Source: Geosiphon pyriformis uo1 (Eukaryota > Fungi > Glomeromycota). From it: a stretch of DNA of 27,772 bases. Position numbers and translations under genes: made by a program. Each line of letters begins with the position of its first letter. Position 1 is the first letter of the stretch. The notes under the pieces are model-generated. The model did not search any database. It saw only the letters and a list, made by a program, of their open reading frames with translations, and was not told the origin of the DNA. Shown piece by piece: positions 21,971-27,772 of this stretch. Location: the NCBI GenBank assembly GCA_016748015.1, contig JAAOMT010000398.1, positions 2,975 to 30,746 on the forward strand, given 5' to 3'.

Positions 21971-22730
21971 ATGACTTCCCTTGAAACAAAACCCAAAGGA
22001 ATTTTGAAGAAGCCATCAATTAACTTTAAGTTAAAAATGCCCAAGTAGGTTTTATTATGCACTTTTCCCTTTTGATTTTCTGAATCTTGAGATTCTTTGT
22101 TGTAAAACTTTCTTTGAACCCCTTGTAGATTAAAATGGGATGAAGATAATCTTCAATTAACAGAATCGCAAAAAGATTCTACAATGAAGATTTCAGAGCC
22201 AAAGACGCCCTATATTCACTATAATTCGGAGACGGATGAGATCATGACGGATATTGACAGTAAAGTCCCTGCAAATAATCATTTTTGATTTTAATAGGAA
22301 ATCTACTTCAGTTTCTTTAAAAAAAATCGTTTTTGGGATCATCTTTATCATAGCGATTCCTGGGTTAGCCTTAGAGTCTAGCGCGATTTCTCCTATAGGA
22401 TCAATTTCTTCAACATCCACATCAGGACCACATTTTACGAATTCAAATAAGGATGATTGGGAATCGGAACATTCAGACGAAGATGAAGAAAGTGAGTTAT
22501 AATTTCTCATTGACCGTTTTTTTAGGGTATTTCTACATAATTTAAGCATTCTATCGGAATCTTTGCGAGGGATTACTTTGTAACATCAAAATTATCTGTC
22601 CTTCCTGGAATCAGCACGGGAGAAACGTCAGAAGTTTGCCAAACTACGAGCAAATCATTACAATATGAAAGAAGCTATACAGCTAGGCCATAAATTGGTT
22701 GAAGATGAGGTCGAAGAACAACCTCAGTAA
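21971..22730 (+). CDS. GLC8: Protein phosphatase 1 inhibitor-2 (IPP-2/Glc8/PPP1R2), 152 aa. Exons 21971-22044, 22129-22259, 22354-22491, 22615-22730; may extend to 22859 (see findings).
   Basis: All hallmark motifs appear in order: KGILK (SILK), KLKWDEDNL (RVxF-type), [10 protein letters not shown] (regulatory TP site), an acidic stretch, and [11 protein letters not shown] (FxxxRxxHY helix). Three GT-AG introns keep the frame. Confidence 0.92.
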
Positions 22731-23462
22731 ACAAACCAAAAAAACAAATTGGATCCCTCATCAAAATATGATGGAAATTTTAATGATTGCAACAACGATG
22801 ACAATTATAGTGATATAGAGCAGAGAAATGGTGATATGTTTTCAATGGAAACGTGGTAGAGTGCAAAATTTAGCCAGAGCTAACCTTAATTAAAGTAAAA
22901 TAATTGCAAAGGAATACATTTTCCAACATTTCTTCGATCCTGGATTAGAATTCCTTAGCTGAGTATTTTATCTATTTATTATATTTAATGTATCTATACT
23001 TTTTCAGCCTCTTTTGGTTCTTGAGCTTTACTAGATATTATCTGTATATTTCAATCATTTCACTTGTACCAGTGCCCCTTTAATCATTAGGATTATAATA
23101 TTTTTATTCTTCTAGCTTCCCTTAAGATCCCTTTACACGTTCAAAGTGATTTATTTGTAGATTAAAAAATCAAAATAACATTTGAAATAGAAAAAACATA
23201 AAACAGTCTCAATTGAGTAAAAAGTATTTGCTGTTGGCGTTACCAACTTTGGGAGCTTCGAGACTCTGTGCAATGTTGAACGCTGATCATACCGGAAGCA
23301 GTTAAGTAATCCCACATTACTTGTTGACCTGATCTAGTGATAGATTCTGCTAAGGCTTTTAGACTCTAGTACAAGGTCTCACAAAAATTATCTCTTTAAA
23401 CGCCTTAGCGAAACGATCGCGCTTAAGATATCCTTTTTAAAAATAGTTATATTAGAAGAAAG

Positions 23463-24570
23463 ATGGCAACATCACAATCCGCACTTCTTTTAAGAAAGCA
23501 ATTAAAAGGTTATAAGTTTTAATGGTGAAAGACAGTGTTTCACCTCAGCTTTCTATTAAACTCATATATATAACTTCCTAATACTAGAATTAACAAAATA
23601 CCCAGTGGAAGGTTTTTCTGCTGGTCTTGTCGATGACGAAAATATTTATGAGGTAAGAGTTAAAGGTTTAGTTTAAAAGCCTTCATAATTATCTTATAAC
23701 TTTATCCTTAAAGGTACGAATAAACGTCGAACTTAAGTTATTTAAAGCAGGACTTGAAATAACGTATAAATATACTTCTTAAAACAGTGGGAAATTATGA
23801 TAATGGGCCCACAAGATACACTTTAGTAAGTTAATTTAAGCGTTAACAATCTTAATTATTATGATATAAGCTGATTATATGCTCCATTTTTGCTTAGTGA
23901 GGGTGGCTTCTTTAAGGCACGGCTGTCCTTTCCACAGGTAGGCGCCTTTTTTTTCAGGGGTTAATTCAGGGATTAGCCTATTGTATCCTATTGTGTAATA
24001 TTTACATGTGCGCGAATCAGGATTATCCGTTGATGCCTCCTCAGCTGAAATTCCTTACCGAAATGTGGCACCCCAATGGTATGGATTCTCTCTTGAAGAA
24101 CGCGTCTTTTTTCCTATAATGACGTGTTTCTGAATTTTTTATTTAGTCTATCCGGATGGTGAAGTTTGTATATCGATATTGGTAAGTCTTGATTGGCTGA
24201 ATTCGAATTTATTTTGATTCAAGCTGTTGATCTTTTGTATTTATTTCATCAAGCACCCTCCTGGTGAAGATAAATATGGCTACGAAGATGCTGGTGAAAG
24301 ATGGTTACCGGTTCATACGGTGGAAACTATTTTACTCAGCGTAATTTCCATGCTATCAACACCCAACGACGAATCTCCGGCTAATATCGAAGCAGCTGTA
24401 AGAAATTTTGTGAAACCTGAAAACTCAACCTTTTCATTATTAGCTGGAAAATACTTAACTAATTCATATACCTTTTCCCATAAATTTATTAGAAAGAATG
24501 GCGAGACAGTTATCCTGCTTTCAAGAAACGCGTCCAACGTTTGGTTCGACAGTCAGCCGATATGTTATAA
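23463..24570 (+). CDS. UBE2G1: Ubiquitin-conjugating enzyme E2, UBE2G1/Ubc15 type (Ubc7/Cdc34 acidic-loop class), 167 aa. 8 exons: 23463-23508, 23588-23652, 23788-23825, 23898-23937, 24021-24078, 24147-24181, 24254-24397, 24493-24570.
   Basis: The spliced protein reads [38 protein letters not shown]...[50 protein letters not shown]. It has the HPN motif, catalytic Cys and acidic loop insertion. The [10 protein letters not shown]-terminus and [10 protein letters not shown] are UBE2G1-type. Total 504 nt in frame. Confidence 0.95.
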
Positions 24571-24880
24571 ATGGTAAAAATGCTTTGCCTGAAAATATTG
24601 TCCCAATCTTCCTGCAACACCTATTTCCTTTTACTATTATCATATTTTTGTGACAATATTTGTCTAAAAAAAAAGTTGATATCTGGTTTAAAATTGAAGT
24701 TTTATTTATATAGATGCATTTAAGGATGTTCATTACGTATCCAATTGGCCTGACTAGATCAAATCCAACATTTAATCTAAGATAGCAAAGTTTTCAAAAT
24801 GATCATCTAATTAAATATCATCACGAAAAAGTCGTGTATCTTTTTGAATTTGTTTCATCAATATTGAAATCGCTCTAAAC

Positions 24881-26296
24881 ATGTCTTATCTTAAAACCCT
24901 CAATACTCTTGCCGAATACCAACAACTTTTATCTTCTACTCCAGCTAAAAAACTGGTCTGTTTCTTCTTTGGAGTGTAAAAGCTTGCCGTTATCTAAGAT
25001 GTCTTTTAATAAGCTTCTCGTCTGACTCTCATTTAGGTGGTCGTGGACTTCCATGCTACATGGTGTCAACCCTGTCACGCTATTGCACCTAAATATCAAG
25101 ATCTCAGTTCCCAACATAGACATGTCACTTTCGCCAAGGTATGGTCATACTTTCGGCCGAAACTCTATTTTATTCGTTAACTAAAAAGTGGTTAATCAAG
25201 TATTTGCGTTCTTGTTTTAGGTTGACGTTGAAGCTAACAAGGAAACTGCGCAACATGCACATGTGACCGCTATGTAAGTCGCACATTAAGGACTTTTAGG
25301 AAACCGGAAAAAGACCTTTCAACATCTTAGTATATTGGGCTTTTCTACTTTTTCATGTTCAATAGGCCCACCTTTAAGTTTTTCAAGGGTGGCCAGCAAG
25401 TTGCTGAACTTAAAGGTGCAGATCCAAGAAGGCTCGAAGAACTTGTTTTACAATTTGCTGGAACTCCGGAAGAGAGTGGCTCAAGCTTGCTCAACATCCA
25501 GGGTCATGTATGAATCAATATAGGGGGTCTGCTCTGGTTGCTATCGCTTGAATTCTAAAAAAAAATTTCTTAATAATGCAGACCGATATCAATGAATTTA
25601 TAACCCTTAACCAAATCGATTGTCTCAATGAAAAAGAGAACCATCGAGTGCGTTCAATCTTTACAAAAGATGACTCGTATCTAGAATCTGATGTTGACGA
25701 ACAACTTTTGATCTCGATCCCATTTAATCAAGCTGTAAAACTACACTCTCTAAAACTGGTAGCCAAGGATATTAGTATGAACCTAGCAAACTCAATTTTT
25801 TGAACCCAATTTGTTGAAGGAGTTTCTAACCTATCTTGGTTGCAGAACATGCTCCAAAAACAATCAAACTCTACGTGAACCGGCTCAACTTGGGTTTTGA
25901 TGAGACTGAGTCGATTCAAGCAACTCAGATTCTCGAATTGACTGAAAATGATTACGAGGAGAATGCTTTTGTACCTTTGAGATTTGTCAAATTTCAAATC
26001 GTTACTAATTTAGTGGTAAGGGACAAAAATGAAGTTTAACAATTAAAAAAAATCAGCGCTTTCTATTCGCACTCATTTGAGTAAAATATTTGCTCTAAAT
26101 TAAGGTATTCGTTCAAGATAACCTTGGCGATGAAGATACGACGATCATCAAAGAATTGGCATTCATTGGGTTCGTATTGTCAATATATTTAATATATTTC
26201 TTTTAGGTTAACTCCGTTATTTATATATTTGTTTATAGTTCACCAGTAGAGACAACCAAGATGGATAATTTGAAAAAAGTTGCAAGTTCTTCATAG
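24881..26296 (+). CDS. TXNL1: Thioredoxin-like protein 1 (thioredoxin plus PITH domain, proteasome-associated), 285 aa. 8 exons: 24881-24955, 25037-25138, 25221-25273, 25366-25507, 25582-25774, 25846-26015, 26105-26169, 26239-26296.
   Basis: N-terminal thioredoxin fold ([28 protein letters not shown]). C-terminal PITH motifs ([53 protein letters not shown]). Total 858 nt in frame. Confidence 0.95.
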
Positions 26297-26556
26297 ATTA
26301 CCTTTTAAAGATATCATGTAGCACATGATATGAAAAGCTTTTCTTCGGCCTACTTATTTCTTAGTTACCAAATGTCATGTATTCCAAAATAAATGGGGAG
26401 GAATACCATCACCTAAAAACTTACTTAAACCAATCAAAACTACTTTTGGTTCTGAGACTATAAAGCTTTATTTAAATGGAAAAGAGCCAGCTACTATACA
26501 TTGAGAGTATAGATCAATTAAATAGAAAAATATTTGGCCAAAAATTCATCTCAAGA

Positions 26557-27772
26557 TTAATGATTAGTTTTGGCGGAGTAGCGTAAAGCTTCAATGAAGA
26601 TAGTCATACAGCCGACCAAGATTTCAACGCCTAAATATTTCAATTCAAAAAGTGAGGAAATTGAAGTTATTTCGAATTTTTATATTTTTGTGTCATACGT
26701 ACCAATTAAGACGATAATAATCCATTCTAATACCTCACCTTTATAAAGAAAACAAGTTAAAAAAGTTCATGAAATGAGTAAGATTTTGAAAAGTTAACAC
26801 AAACCGTGCGAACTAGTCAAATGATCCTTCAACATATCCAAAAGATCACCTATAAAACAAAATTTTATTTAGATTATATCAACATGAAACAAATTTTTTT
26901 TATATTTGAAAATTTTCTGACTTATTACGCTGACTCTTTGATTCAACAAATCTACGCGATTAGATATCTCCAAATATCCTGCATTAAGATAAATTAAGTT
27001 TTGAATAAGAAAATTAAATGTAAGCATTTGAAAATAAAACTCTAACCTCTTATAGTCTTATACAATCCCTCGTAAACCGGTTCTGACCAAAAGATTTCTG
27101 GTGTGTCTAAAATATTACTGACCAAATTTATATTGATCCGCATGATGAACAGCTAAGACCAACAAAGAAACAAGTTATACACATGTCAAGATATTAATCT
27201 AATAGTTTTATCAATATAGTTATTTACCTGGCCAATCTTTTGAGTAATAGCAGTTCTATGGGTTTACAAAAATATAAGGAGTTAATTTATTATTTAAAAT
27301 ATATAGCGTAAAACTTTAACACGAACCGGGTCATGAAAACTTTGCCAGTCTCTGCCATTGTCTTGGGAATATGTTTTGTGGTTTCGATAGTCTCTTCGAT
27401 TAATTCTTCAAAAAAACTCATCTTAACCGATTGGGCCACCGCATGAGAAATAGTAAGCTTGATCATGTAGTTTGCAGGATTTTTTAATGTGATCACATCA
27501 TTATAGATCCTGTGAGAAGATCGATTGAAATATTTACATTAGAATATAGGTAAAAAGAGAACGTAATTTAGATATCGAGTAAATACCTTGGGTGGTATGA
27601 GGCAGCATAATGATAATGAAACTCTTCGGTAACGATATCTTTCGCAGCTAGAAAAATCATTATTTCCTAATAATCAAAATCAATAATTTGGATTTGATAG
27701 AATAATAATTTAAATTATAAAAACCAATACCTAGTCTATCTTGCTCGAACGGGATCAGTTCACGTAAAAGAT
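26557..27772 (-). CDS. RMD1: RMD1/Sif2-family (DUF155) protein, 5'-truncated by the window edge. Visible exons: 27772-27731, 27647-27587, 27509-27327, 27255-27228, 27152-27047, 26978-26922, 26849-26805, 26738-26703, 26630-26557.
   Basis: The spliced translation includes PRIYNDVITL, MIKLTISHAVAQSVKMSFFEELI, IGQLFIMRININLVSNILDTPEIFWSEP, YLEISNRVDLLNQRVSVISDLLDMLKDHL and LEWIIIVLIGVEILVG (C-terminal TM). These are characteristic Rmd1/DUF155 motifs. TAA at 26559-26557. Confidence 0.93.

Noticed and set aside
23428-23437. ATATCCTTTT resembling a U12 AT-AC donor upstream of the E2 ATG, with TCCTTAAA at ~23705
   Set aside because: Using it would delete the start codon and two exons. Similar ATATCCTT strings occur elsewhere in the window, and all frame-required introns are ordinary GT-AG.

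Overview
Eukaryotic, very AT-rich, intron-dense DNA. The gene families, short introns (65-135 nt) and degenerate splice signals point to an early-diverging fungus, plausibly Mucoromycota/Glomeromycotina (inference). The window has two sharply different halves. Left (1 to ~18,590): a single two-exon Msn2/Msn4-type C2H2 stress transcription factor gene (- strand, 1233-2525), then ~16 kb upstream of it with no recognisable gene, dense in microsatellites and clustered cis-motifs, including a 560-nt assembly gap. Right (~18,600 to end): six tightly packed genes almost free of simple repeats: mitoribosomal mS29/RSM23 (11 exons), an intronless unknown protein with a LisH-like motif and C-terminal membrane anchor, PP1 inhibitor-2/GLC8, a UBE2G1/Ubc15-type E2, thioredoxin-PITH protein TXNL1/Txl1, and the 3' part of an RMD1-family gene. 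Exon structures were derived by hand from GT/AG signals and reading-frame continuity. Family calls rest on motifs I recognise, not on database searches. No mobile element, CRISPR array, tRNA or rRNA can be supported. The best leads are the orphan membrane-anchored protein, an open coding-like tail behind the inhibitor-2 stop codon, a possible cryptic spliced exon and motif modules in the gene-free region, and graded compound microsatellites. None amounts to a demonstrated new system.
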